DNA of 64,000 nt from Marsupella aquatica (lineage: Eukaryota; Plantae; Marchantiophyta): NCBI GenBank assembly GCA_973895155.1, contig OZ316899.1, forward strand, positions 15,961,974-16,025,973, given 5' to 3'. This document shows, piece after piece, positions 51,931 to 64,000 of the stretch. The translations under genes were made by a program, and so were the position numbers. The first letter of the stretch is position 1; every line of letters begins with the position of its first letter. The notes beneath the pieces were generated by a model. That model was not told where the DNA came from. It did not search any database and was given only the letters and a program-made list of their open reading frames with translations.

Positions 51931-52729
51931 AGGGGTTAAAGGTGTGCACTAGTACATTATGAGGCCAATTTCCGATATGGACACCTTCGGATCCGTTTGT
52001 AAAATTTTGCCAAGAAAAACATCTCATCCAACTCTAAACATATCGCAAATTCCGACTCTCAACCCATCGGATAACGACAATCGGAAGATAATCGGACTTT
52101 GCGATACCAAAATTAACGCACTTTGCGTACTCGACCATAACGGAAAAACAGCCGTCCGATGTTTTGCAAATCAGAAATGGAAGAGGGGAGCCGGCCAAAA
52201 GCCGAGTGTTTCCGATACACTTTTGATACGTAAAGAATCGGAATTTGGGTAACTCTGAATATCGCATATTGCATAGCAAAAGGTTACGCAAAGACCGTAA
52301 ATAAAAGAATCAAACATACCGTCATTAGAAAGATCGGAAATACCGCTACTAGAAGTATCGGAAAGACCGTAACCAAGGGTATCAGAAAGATCGATTCTCT
52401 GGGGATGGCAAATATCAAGTTTTAGAGAATCGGACATTCCAATAGTTTTAAGATCGGAGGAGTATCGGATAATTGAAGGGGTAAAATTTCCGATTATTAA
52501 TTTTGGGGGTGTGGGGGTTACAATGTTGGGATGCATGGAAGTGAGCATGGGTAGCAAGAATGGTAGTGAGACTCAAAAGGGGGAAAACCCCTGCCATTAT
52601 ATATACAAAAGAGGATGGCCTCCTCTAGCATGGAAAGTAAAACCTTTACATGTACAGGTGTATAATCCATCTCAACCTGCATGGTATCGTGGCCTACCTA
52701 CAAATGGTCCTATGCTAAGCTACCTGGCC

Positions 52730-55496
52730 TATCCATATGTTGGTGCATGTCGTCCCTTCCTCTTCTTGGCACGAGGGCGATAACTCTTTGGTCGGGTAGT
52801 GGCATCTGGCACTAACCCTAGGACCCTATCAATGACAACATGAGATCCAGTTGCAGCTGTGGTGCTTGGAGCTATCGCGGTACCAACATCACCAACATCA
52901 CCTTCTAAGTCATGAGAAGGCACTGCAACACCCCCAGCATCGGAGCAAGTATGAAATGATGCACTTCCACTACCCCCTTGGGCTGCAGAGTGGTGAGACC
53001 CTGCACCTCCACTAGCCCCTGACTGGTGAGATGGAGTCCCATCACCAATGCCACCAACTGCAGTCCCACTCACCTTGTTGGCCCATGAATGACCACGAGC
53101 AGTGCTCCCACCCCCACTAGCCCCTCCACCACTAGCCCCTGAACAGCAAGAACCATTCCCGCCAACAACCCCTGAATGGCGGCAAGAACCACCATGGGGC
53201 CCACTACCAACCCCCCCACCAGACCCGGGCCTGTGAGAACCACTATGGGCCCCAGTACTACCCCGCCCACTAGCACCTGCAGATCGATCAAAACCTCCCC
53301 GACGCCCACTACCACCTGTCCCAACACCACCTCCAGCAACTGTAGCACCCCCACTACCTCCTGCTGCTCTATGGCCACCTACATCACCACCAGTCCTCCG
53401 TCTGGAATGACTACCTTGAGTCCCTCGGGATGTGCCGCCAATCAAGCAAACAGGGATGGGTGCCACACTCCCCTCCTCAGCCTCAGCCTCAGACTCTGAA
53501 TCTGAGGCCCCCGAACCCTCCTCGGCTGAGTCCAAACCCTCCAACTCCTCATTTGACTCCTACATACATGTAAGCAACCATCAACCCAAGTGTTAGTGTT
53601 CCAAATGACCTACAAGGGAGTGATTATAACCATGTTGCATTCAAAGGTTAGAAATATGGTTTTCAATTGTGCATATACTTACCAACCCCAACTCGTCCTG
53701 CATGTGAAGCTTCAGAGCCCGCATTCCAAATTTCTTAGCCAACTCTCTCTCAGGTGGCAAGATTGGGTGTCCATGCTCTCGCTCTTGCACCATACTCAAG
53801 ATAATAATTAACCCTAAACCCCCCATTACTTGAAATACATTATTTTAAAAGTTAATCCCTACCAAATCCCCCACATTACTTAATGAATAATAATCCCTAC
53901 CTAGCCCCACACATTACTTAGAAAAATTCCCTAACACCCCCACATCCCTTTCAACTCATGGGTATCACTACCCACTCTACCTATATAAAATACTCCCTTA
54001 TTATCGTGGCCTAACTATCGCAAAAATCAACGACAACCTAAGCCCGACACTCCTTAAAAAAGCAAACCCCCCCGCGTGGCCTAAAATAGTCAAATATTCA
54101 AAAATTTGAATTTTTCCGATGCTTCCCTAATCGGACCCCTCCACCCTAAACCCCGAAACCTAAGGTCCGATGCAGGGTCCGATTCTCAGGTAATCGGACC
54201 ATAATCGGAAGCCTTGCATCCAAAACCCATAAGAGAGAGTCCCACTCCATTTCCGACTCTTCAGCAATCGGAATAGAATCGGAAACAGAAAAAAATAAGG
54301 ACACATCAAAACTTGCGATACAGGCTCGATAACAAACGCACAGGGATAAGAGGGGAGGTCTGGGAGGACTTATGCAGGCATAGCCAAGGTTATGCCTGAG
54401 GTGATCAGGGAGAGGGAGGACCCAATTTTGAGGTGCAAATTCAGCAAGGAGGCGAGCAAGGAGGAGGGGAGCAGAGGACTCACAAACTCTGCTTTGAGAC
54501 GATGCGCTCCACCCTGCCCCATTTGGTGAGTAACTGTAGGCCTCTTCTCCACCCTCTCAATTGCATTTTGAATGTAAAGTGGAGGGTCTCCAAGCAGTGC
54601 TAACTTGGCCTCCCATTCCATTAAGTTTTGCTGCAGGAGGGGGATGTCGACAGTCTGTCCTGAAAGGACCCTCTTCTCTGCCTCATCAAGCTCAGCCTGC
54701 CAGTGACGTCTTGCTTGCCAAGCATGAACCTGTAGCTCAGCATCAATCCAAGCAGACCAAGCATCAGCTGGTATCTCATCCGGGGGATCTCTCTGCCTGA
54801 TCACCTCTGTCTCCTCCTTACAATCTGCCAGGTACTTCCTCATCTTTTCTCTCACATTATTACGTCTATCTGCAAGTGAACGTGAGATCTTCTTATTCAG
54901 CCATCGATCATCCAGGAAGCAGCCATTACATAATCGCTCCTTCACTTGCTCCCTTGCTTGAAATTTCTCCTCTTCTTTCTTCTTCCCCCAGTAGTCTAAG
55001 GGGCTGAAATTTGCCCTCAACACCTGCCCTAGCTGACTTCTGAACAAATTGTAGCTCTTTGTCATCGGAGCTCCTCCCTTATTAATGAACAATTTTGGCC
55101 GTTTGGCCCTTTCCTCTGCTCGTAGCCTCTCTTCCTCAATCCTTGCCTTCTCTGCAGCTCGAGCCTCCTTTCTAAGCCTCTTCTCTCTTTCTTGTGGTGA
55201 GAGGGCCTCCATTGGCCTGCCTTTCCTCTCCTCCTTCCTCTTTCTTTTTTTCTCCTTTCCTTTCTCTAGCCTCTCCATGAAAGCCTTCTCTACTTCACTT
55301 ATGGCAGATTGCCTGGATTCGTCAATCAGGCCCTGGGTCAATTGAGCTGCTATGGCTGCAGCTTCAGCAGACAGGCCTGTTTGCCTCTTGAAAATCTCTG
55401 CCATAATGTCCGAGATCTGTTGCGACGGCCCTGCTCCATCTCCACCCACCCTGGCTGCTCCGTCTCCTCCCCCCCAGCCGTGCCATTCCCCTCCAT
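52730..55496 (-). pseudogene. CACTA ORF2/TnpA-like spliced gene with basic coiled coil and Gly-rich C-terminal exon
   Basis: Main exon 54484-55449 ends THQMGQGGAHRLKAEF|GTGAGT. Paralogous to 57913-58941. Later exon boundaries approximate. Confidence 0.65.
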
Positions 55497-56330
55497 AGCC
55501 TCGACCTCCAATGCGTGCTCCTCCACTTTGTGTTCACTCGGCAGCTCCTCCCAAGTTGCATCCGAAACCAAGCCCGATACAAAGACATTCGTACTTTAGT
55601 CGGGAAAAGTACCAAACCCTATTGTGCCCTCCATCCGACTTTTTAAGAATCGGAACATCCAATACTTGAACTATCAAAAACGGGATCGAAAATAGAAATG
55701 CTTAAAGTATTGGACCCCTCTTCCAATATGATTGGACTTAGCTTGTCCATTATTTTTTATGCCTTTAAGGATGGATTTATAATAAGTTAGTCAATGGGGG
55801 GGGGGGGGGGGCTGGGGATGTGGTAAGGAAATGTAAGTTTAGTTGATGTGAAAACTTGCATTGTAATTGTAGGCCTGGTTGAGTAGCCGGATTTTGTTTG
55901 GGCGGTGGGGTTCTTGAATAAAAGCCGGTTATAGGCACTACTACATATTGGCCCCTTTTGCGAAGGTGTTTTTTGACGTAGTGGATTTGTCAATCAGGCC
56001 TTGGGGTCCGTAGTGGATTCCTAGTGTAGAACTTTTTGACAACCCAACGCCTTCCCCAAACCTCTATCTCCTCACCATAGGTTATATCACATGGCAAACC
56101 AAGGCAATCAGGATTCCAATCCTTTATGATAGGCACACATTTCCCTGTGAACGTACAAGGTCCCCACCTACCATCAACCCTACAGGTATACTGATCAACT
56201 TCCCCTCTCAGCTTCCTTTTAGATCATTTTTTCCCTCTTGTAACAATACCAACACCCTCAGCTGTCCCAACACTTCCTTTCCCTGTTGCAACTAGACGAA
56301 AATCTTGTGAAAGGGCCAAGCCTATAGCAT

Positions 56331-56573
56331 CTAGAACTCCTTGTGAGGGAACATAGGGTGTTGGTGCCGTGGGTGTAGGCCTAGTGGATACCTATATGTG
56401 GTCTGCACATACATATGACTTCTGGAAATCATCCCCACACATTTTTTACAACCACAAAGTTGATGTGGCGGACCACTAGGTCGACGTACACTTGGTTCAG
56501 GCTCAGGAGGAGGAGGAATGTCTTCATCGGAGGAGGAGTCCGATGTGGTGGAAGTTGTAGAGGATGAAGACAT
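56331..56573 (-). pseudogene. Remnant first exon of TnpD locus (Ser/Asp-rich, DIPPPP, CxCxxC)
   Basis: MSSSS...EDIPPPP...LCGCKKCVGM parallels 61370-61607. Both ATGs directly follow a CAG acceptor. Confidence 0.65.
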
Positions 56574-57015
56574 CTGGCAAATGCAACAAATGTTTGGAGT
56601 CTGGAGTTAGTAAAAAAATTCCCCAAACCATCCTTTTTAAACCCTAAGTACACTTTAAACTGAAGTGAAATGAATATTACCGTTTTTGAGACCCGGGCTT
56701 AGCAATGCCTATAGGTCTTTAGGCTCAAACTTGATGAACCCAATCTGGAAGTAGGAGGGAAAATCTGCAAATATATAATACATTATAAGCCATGACTCAT
56801 GATCAAGTAGAGAAAGGGATGATAGACTATAACCCTCAATAGTTCCAATATAAACCAAAAGGCTTTAAAACAAGTTGTACCTTTCAGATGCCCGGGCTCT
56901 TGCAATGCATATGCATTAGCCAAAACTTTGAAAAAGATGCGGAAGTGTCGTGCAAGTAGTCCTAGAGTGTTCCAACCCTTTATGTTAATGGAAAAATGAA
57001 AGCATACCCTAAATG

Positions 57016-57300
57016 AAAACCTAACCCAAACCCCTACTCTGGACCCTAACCCTAAACCCTTAGTGAACCCTAACCCAAAGTAAACCCTCAATTATAAAAT
57101 AAACAAAACCTCTATTAAAACCTAACTCAAACCCCTACCCTAGACCCTAACACAACTTCAAAGGTAAAACCTAAGTAATAGGAACCCCTACCTTAAACCC
57201 ACACCCAAACTTCAAAGGTAAAACCTTACTAACCAAAACCCTTACCTTAAACCCTAACCCAAAGCATTTCCCATGAAACCCTAACCCAAAGCCCTAAATT
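57016..57300. repeat. Cluster of telomere-like (A)AACCCTA motifs
   Basis: Many AACCCTA / AAACCTAA variants. Confidence 0.7.
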
Positions 57301-57912
57301 AAATAGACCATGATCCTAAACTTCAATATAGTGCAAAAACCCTGAGTTAGAAGTCAAAGCCAACCCTTACATTAAACCCCTACATTGGACAAAAAAAAAA
57401 TTAAGTCCCTCAATTAAACACAAAACACCTTAACTCAAAACCCAATTATATTTTCCTAACTTGGCAAATCACAAGAGTTGTGGGTTTAAGCAACTTACCC
57501 TTCTAAAGCCGTTTAATGTACTCGGGATCGTTTCCCACCCTAAACCGATATCACCTGCCTCGCAAATTAGTTTACAACTTAGAGAGAAATTTTGCGAACC
57601 TCTACGCTTCGCAACGGCTTCGCAAAAACAGAGGCCGAGAGCAAATTTTGGTCCCTTCTGCAGGTTGCGATTGCCTTGCGATGACTAAACCTTCACAACA
57701 GGGTCGCAATTTTCAAAATGGCTTGCGAAGCGTATAGGATGGGAGTTTCCCATGCAAATCTGATCGCAACACCCTTTTTTTAATGCCGTAAGTGTCGGCG
57801 GGAGCTCACGTTGAGCTCATTCCTATGTTTTGTCAAGAGAACAAGCGGAGAAGGCGAGAGGGTAGTGTAGCTGCGTGCAAGGAGAAGAAAGAGACTTGAG
57901 AGGCGGAAGGCT

Positions 57913-59950
57913 ATGGCTGGTGGTGAGGGAAATGGACAACATGGTGCTAGTGGTACTAGTGGTAGTGGCAATGGGACGAATCAAGAGAAGGAGGGGAATG
58001 CATTCGCAGATTTAGTGGCCCAACATCTCAATGCTGCACAGTTGGGCGAAGTGAATTTGAATACTCCAGCAGGGCTTGCCTCATTGAGTGGCATTCTAGG
58101 GCAGATTCTACAGACAGGAATTCTAGCAGGGCAGGCTACTAGAGGGGAGGAGGAAAGGGCCGCAGCTGAGGAGAAAGCTAGAGAGAAAAAAAGGAAGAGA
58201 GAGGAGAGGGATAAATCGGGAGTTGCTTCTCCTCAAGCCCTTGAAAGAAAGAAGAGAAGAGAGGAGAGGGATGCAATTCAAAAATAGAGGGATGAGCAAC
58301 GTCAAAAAGAGGAAGCAAGGAAAAAGTTGCCATTCATTGCCTTGGAGACGAGTGGAACTCCAACAGAGCTAGCCTATGCAGGGGCTAAGAGCACAATCAA
58401 GCAGATCATCACAAGCAATTTCTCACGAGGCATGCAATGGGGAAAGGTTGAGAAGGCAAAACGAAAGAGGGTGATCAATCAGATCAAGGATGCATTTCGC
58501 AGCGGACCTGACATAGATGAGCAATGGCTGGGAGACAAGATTTCAAATTCTATGTCTCAAATGAGATACCATGACAGGATGAAGATCAGAGCCCACCTGA
58601 AAGACTTGAGATCGTACAGGAATTTGCGTAGACCCCTCCATTTCACCGAGGACATTTGGAATGCATTTTACAAGATTGAGGTGCAGATCAAAGTAGCTGG
58701 TGAGTTAGATCAGTGGAAGGATGCATTGGCTCGAGCCTTGAAGGCAAAGGAGGCCGGGAAGCTCTCCCCTGACCATGACCTGAAGGGACTCAAACAGAAG
58801 GTGGCTGATGTGCAAAAGGTGGTTGATTAAGAAGGAAGACCACCCAAGTGATTCACTGATGCAGCCAAGCGAGTAAAGGCCACCCCCAATCCAATCCATA
58901 GGTTGGGTCAAGGCGGGCTCCCCGGCCTCAAGGCTCACTTCATGAGTGCCTCCTCCCCTTTGTACTCTCTTTCCAACTTAGTTTCCCAATGGGGCAATGC
59001 AAGTGAATGGAATCCCATGAATGTTGAAGTTGTCATGTGCTTTGCTTGTGTCTTATTTTAGGTCATGTCTGACACTTAGAATTTCGGGCACCTTTTTAAA
59101 AACTTTCGGGAAAACAGTTTGCAAACCCGTTGCAATGCGTATCCCTTTGCAACCTGTTTGCAAACTCTATTATGGACTTTTGTTTTTCCCCAGTTGCGAA
59201 CCCGTTGCGAAGGAACGCGCATCGCAACGGACATCGCAATGAGTTTGCAAAATATTGGCCTTCGCATGTTGTCAACCTATTAGCTTTGCAAAGTTTATGA
59301 ATTCCCTTGGAATCAGGTTTGCTTTTGTGGGGTTTAATTAGGGTGAGTTTTAGGTTATAAGCTAGGTTTTATTTTTTTGTGTTTAATTTTTGGTGGCATG
59401 CATGACAGTACCGGAAATACAAGAGAAAGATATCAAAGAAACATATTGAGACAGCAATGGAGCACGGACAAAAGTACCTCTTTGCGATGGTAGATGCCGA
59501 GTTTGCTACTGTGAGTATCTTAGTTTTGACAATTTTTTAGTTGTCATGCAAACATTGTTGGGGACCCTTTAATTTTGCATAAACTCATTGAGTATATGGA
59601 TGCAGGATTCGGATGAGCCTGAGAGGTCGGGTGCTGATGTGAGCAGTAGTGATGATGAGGATCAACCCCTTACTAGTGGTGCTCGGGGGGAGAGAGTAGC
59701 CATGAGGGCGGTTCATCCCATCGTGGCAATCGCACTAGTCTTGCGTCAGCGAGACAGGTTGATGATGAGGGGGAGCAGGAGGCAGGTGACGACAATGAGG
59801 ATGAGCAGGAGGGGCAGGAGGAGGAGGAGGAGCAGGAGCACCCACGGACCCTGCGCACCCGTCAGCAACAGGATATACGTTCCCAAAAGGATAAGGGCAA
59901 GAAGCCGGCCAAGAAGCCGGCCAAGAGGGGTAGAAAGAGCCCATTTTAGT
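57913..59950 (+). pseudogene. CACTA ORF2/TnpA-like gene of CACTA-3
   Basis: One frame 57913-58941 with stops at 58285 and 58828, ending IHRLGQGGLPGLKAHF. Probable later exons near 59410-59510 and 59606-59950. Confidence 0.65.
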
Positions 59951-61369
59951 AAGTTTGAGTGACTAGCCATGTAAGAGCTTAGGATAGGAAGAGGTAGGAT
60001 ATGGTTAGTAGGGTCCACTTGGCATCACATATGCCACCCTTCTTATGAATAGGGTTCCTTGAACTCCTACATTTTGTACATGCACCTATTTCTCATCTTA
60101 TAAACACCAATTTTGCCTTCCAATACATTGGGTCCACACCCAAGAGGAATACCTCGCAAAATGTTTATTGAAGCTTGTGCTTTCAAACAATTGCGAACCG
60201 GTTGAGAATTCCTAAACTTCAAAACTAACCAGCTCATTTACCTTGCAACTTGTGAGCAACATTGCATCACACTTACATTCAATCTAGTTCACAACTATCC
60301 CATTCTTCTCTCTTCGCTAATTGCGAACGCAATTGATTCATTCTATTTGAAGCAAAACACTCCAGTATTTGCGATACAAATGAAACGGCAACTTATGAAC
60401 CTAAAAGTATCTCAGATTCCGAGTCAACTAATACCGCAAACCATCTACGAAGCAAAAGCGTTCGCAAATTTGAACAACCGCAGCGGCGTTGGTGTGGGGC
60501 TTTGCAAACTGCATGCGATACGCAAAACATTGCACAGGTACGGCAAATTGCGAGGCTATGTGGTTGGGTAATTGCGAAGTCATTGCGATGGTGTTGCAAT
60601 GGTCCAATTGCAAAGCATTTAGGTTTGCAAGTGGCAAAGGTATTGCGATGCGCGTTTAATCGCAACACGTAGAATTCTTGATGTAGAGTTCTTTGTTAGT
60701 TGCTATATTTTTGGGTTCGCAAAAATGGATGATACTGTAGTAGTGAGGTGCGGTAATGTCCCCCTTATGACAACATACTTTTGGGGTTGAACGGTATGAT
60801 CATTGACCCACTCACATTAAAAATTTTGACAAATTTGTCCACCTTGTATGTGGATTTAATTTTGGGGGCCAAACAAAGTTAATTTCATGTGCGTGTATTG
60901 TGCAGTATTTTTTTGCGGAGGGTTGGGTCGTTCTCTTTGTTTGTATTTTTGTAGCTCCATTTTTGCAATGCATTATGCATCGCGATAGGCCGTGCATCCG
61001 AAAGGTATGATATACTCCCTTTATCATTTGGAGGTGAGCACTTTAAGTATATATTTGGCTAAACTTTTTTCATTGATGGCCACAATATATAGTGGATATG
61101 ATTCTATAAGGACATATGTATAGATAAATTCTGATGGTATTCCTTTAATTGTGCAGACATTTTGGATATTGTCTTAGCATATATTCTAAGGCCAAGATCC
61201 TAGTAGGCATTGTTCAGCGCGGATATCATTTAGGTAAGATGCACAGTCATTATTTGTAATTATTTGCTTAGTGTAAACTAGGTTCCAATCTTGACATATT
61301 GTATTTAGGGTACTTAATATGAGTGGGAAAGATTTTTGACATGTGATTAATTTTCACATTGATGGGCAG

Positions 61370-61607
61370 ATGTCAAATTCTGGGAGTTTCGAGTCAGATT
61401 CTGACTCGGACTCGTCATCTTCTGAGGGGGACATTCCTCCCCCCCCCCCCTCCGAGGCCGCATCATCCTCATCCTCCTCTAGGCCCCATTCCATGTTGGT
61501 GTGTGCGATGTAAGGGAATGGTGGTTCGTCAAGCTTGGGAGTGTATTGAGCATATTGAGAATTATGGGCAACACCAACCTGATTTACCAGGACATTCAGC
61601 TCGCCAG
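61370..61607 (+). CDS. First coding exon (acidic/Pro-rich plus CxCxxC..H zinc-binding-like motif) upstream of SET and TnpD exons
   Basis: MSNSGSFESDSD...GDIPPPP, frameshift in the poly-C run near 61440, CWCVRCKGM...HIENYG, phase-0 donor CAG|GTATG at 61607. Confidence 0.6.
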
Positions 61608-61721
61608 GTATGCACCCCATACTCTCACCCCACACATTTTGAAGGAAACATAATTTGCCACTTACAATCATGGCCACTATCATCATATATTTACTAATTT
61701 TGGATTTTTTTTAATGAATAG

Positions 61722-62681
61722 GTGCCCCGTAGGCCCCCTCCTCCATTGATCTCTAAAGAGCTATGGCTAGACACATTCTTGGCTAGTACAAGATGGATGC
61801 TTGCATCAACATCTACACCCCCTCCTCCCGCCCCGCGCCCCAATGGTGAGGGCGGGAGTGTACCTATAGCAAGGGTGGAGGACATTGAGCAAGGTGACCT
61901 GGAGGTACCTCCATCTAGGGTTTTACGCACCGGCCCACACTCCCATAGGCATAGGAGACATTACGAACCATTGGGCACTCGTGAGTCTCAAGACCCAAAC
62001 TTGGTAGGTCCGCCTATGATGAATCCAGGTGAGGGTTATGTGGTAGTGGAGGGTAGGTTGGGATTGTCATATCTCACTGGAAAGGCGTTGCCTCTTGTGA
62101 AGGACTTCTTGTCTGAGATATTCAAAATCCCTCAAGGCATACCCACTAATGCCCCTATAGAGATATGGGGCCGTCATTGGATAGTGCAATCATCTTCCCT
62201 TGGTGTTGATGTAGGATTTGGGTTATTTGCTTTGGAGGACATTGTGGTCCATCCAAAGCCATGGCAAAGAGGTTATGATGGGGAACACTTATTTCCTTAT
62301 ATTGGCCCTATATACACTGCCAAGAATTGGAACATTATTTTGCGGCAACAACCATCATGGGGAGTGTATGCATTGCAAATGGATTCCGATCTGGATGAGG
62401 TCCTCAAGAGGCCTTGGCATTGTAGGATGATTGATGGTGATCCTGTGCGATGTGATAACATCGCTGGGTATATCAATAGTACCAAAGGGAGAGGACGAGG
62501 ACTTCAACCAAATGTAGAGTGGGTTCAGATTTTTGGGGCACCGCCACCACCTTACTATGTGAAGCATATGGATGACCATGTTATGACTGTAGCCATTAGG
62601 ACTATTAGGGCTGGTGAGGAACTCTTTTGTGACTATGATTGGAACGCGCCTAAGATGGCCATACGGTGTCGTCCTTCATAG
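61722..62681 (+). CDS. SET-domain protein (putative lysine methyltransferase) exon
   Basis: Intact 319-codon frame with GFGLFA, PYIG, IDG, NIAGYINS...PN, IRAGEELFCDY. TAG acceptor at 61719-61721. Confidence 0.85.
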   Translation: MPRRPPPPLISKELWLDTFLASTRWMLASTSTPPPPAPRPNGEGGSVPIARVEDIEQGDLEVPPSRVLRTGPHSHRHRRHYEPLGTRESQDPNLVGPPMMNPGEGYVVVEGRLGLSYLTGKALPLVKDFLSEIFKIPQGIPTNAPIEIWGRHWIVQSSSLGVDVGFGLFALEDIVVHPKPWQRGYDGEHLFPYIGPIYTAKNWNIILRQQPSWGVYALQMDSDLDEVLKRPWHCRMIDGDPVRCDNIAGYINSTKGRGRGLQPNVEWVQIFGAPPPPYYVKHMDDHVMTVAIRTIRAGEELFCDYDWNAPKMAIRCRPS

Positions 62682-62853
62682 CACATACAAACATGTGTAT
62701 ATGTTCACTTTTATAAAAATATTACTTGAGTTATTCTCTAATTGGTTTCAAGAGCTATGGAGTCTTTTGACTCATTCATATATGGATGTCTCAATTGTTG
62801 GTTGAGAGACCTGGACTTATATCATTCTCATTGATTTCTTTTGTGTATGATAG

Positions 62854-64000
62854 AATGCATTTGTTCAGCCAGATATTGAGGTATTATCACGAGCTGTGCG
62901 ACAACATCTCCTTCAGGCCATGGATTGTAGGCAAGGGGGTCAACCTTTTGAGGATATGGACATTCCACATGAACTACCTAATGCTACTTAAGAAAGAGTG
63001 GATGAGGACCGGGCTATGGATGAGTTGATGCACCAATTCATGGATGCAGATGAGGGTGATCCCCGGGGTGATCATGACCCAGGTGATTGGGAGGACATTG
63101 ACTTACCTCCTCCTCATAGGCATACTCCTTCACGGAATCCACACTCGCACCAATGGGAGGAGGCTCAAGAGCATGCACGGACTCATCTTTTTGAGGGGTC
63201 TAGATTATCTCGTCTTTCAGCAATCATGTTATTACTGAACTTGCAGCAAATACATGGAGCAAGCAACTTGCTTCTTGATGGTATTTTCAGGACATTGCAT
63301 GATCGTATGTTACCAGAGGGGAACAACTTGCCAGCATCATGGAAAGAGGCGAAGAAAGTGTTGAAGTCCATAGGCCTCAAGTATGAGGTCATACATGCTT
63401 GTGTGAATGATTGTGTTTTGTTCAGAAAGGAGCACTCAAATGCTCTTACATGTCCTGTGTGCAACGCGCCAAGATATTGTGAGGATATGTTGACAGGAAG
63501 AGTACCTCAAAAGGTTATGAGGTACTTTCCCCTTATTCCTCATTTGTGTCACCAGTTTTGATGCACAGAGTTGGCTAAGTATATGGTATGGCATTCCCAA
63601 CACCGTTCAGACACTACTCAAGATCCAACCATGCGCATAATGGTTGACTCTCTTGCAAACAGATTTGTGGAAGAGCGTTGGGGTGAGTTCAAGACTGACC
63701 CTCGTCATGTTTGCCTTGGTTTGGCATCAGACGGCATTAGCCCATTTGCACTGGCCGGCAAGGCCAAACCATACTCTGTATGGCCAGTAGTCCTCACTAA
63801 CTACAACATCCCACCATGGATGGCTATGAAGAAGGGTCATTTGCTCCTATCTATGATTATTCCTGGCCCTAAGCAAGTGAAGAAGATTGATGTATACTTG
63901 CAACCGTTGATTGAGGAGCTACAAAAACTTTGGGGGGGAGTGGATTGCTATGATGGTCGAGTGCATACAGGGGGCTTACCCCGTGAGTTTCAGCTCAAAG
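62854..64000 (+). pseudogene. CACTA TnpD transposase (CACTA-2), truncated by the window edge
   Basis: IHACVNDCVLF, CPVC, VMRYFPLIP, LASDGISPF, WPVVLTNYNIPPW, IDVYLQPLIEEL. Stops near 62986 and 63559. Confidence 0.93.

Larger units (their letters stand above)
55936..60745. mobile_element. CACTA-3, non-autonomous 4810-bp element
   Basis: TIRs CACTACTACA / TGTAGTAGTG, 3-bp TSD AGG on both sides, TTGCGA/TCGCAA repeats, no TnpD core. Confidence 0.95.
51947..64000. mobile_element. CACTA-2 element with divergent ORF2 and SET/TnpD genes; right end outside the window
   Basis: Terminus CACTAGTACA at 51947 cuts off CACTA-1. Subterminal TCGGA/TCCGA repeats. Its flanks rejoin across the CACTA-3 TSD. Confidence 0.75.

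Noticed and set aside
52729-53544. Independent glycine-rich protein gene
   Set aside because: No proper start; better explained as a downstream exon of the ORF2 gene.
210-63464. Numerous short antisense or overlapping ORFs in the supplied track
   Set aside because: Shadow frames of transposon genes or repeats, with no recognisable motifs.

Overview
Eukaryotic, intron-containing, transposon-saturated DNA with no ordinary host gene. It is probably from a non-seed land plant (inference from element types). All motif and family calls are by eye; no searches were run. Nested structure: (1) a Mutator-like DNA transposon (<1 to about 23.6 kb) with a minus-strand DDE transposase, a divergently oriented spliced ParB-like + N4/N6 DNA-methyltransferase-like gene, and about 14 copies of the palindrome AGCGCC-N-GGCGCT outside the coding exons; (2) inserted into it, a complete Ty3/Gypsy element (3496-17608, TSD CGTTG) whose 4.0-kb LTRs each carry a ~880-codon reading frame; (3) a related, older minus-strand Gypsy element (24001-35588) with the homologous gene inside its 4.6-kb LTR and a 205-bp MITE in pol; (4) an EDM2-like PHD-finger pseudogene next to a CACTA transposase that is split by a 9-kb insertion containing tandem repeats and a Bianca-type Copia element; (5) a second CACTA (from 51947) whose transposase locus includes an intact SET-domain exon, with a non-autonomous relative (55936-60745, TSD AGG) nested in it. 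The recurring theme is transposons carrying their own chromatin or DNA-modification genes and family-specific cis motifs. Most copies are pseudogenised by C>T stops and frameshifts.
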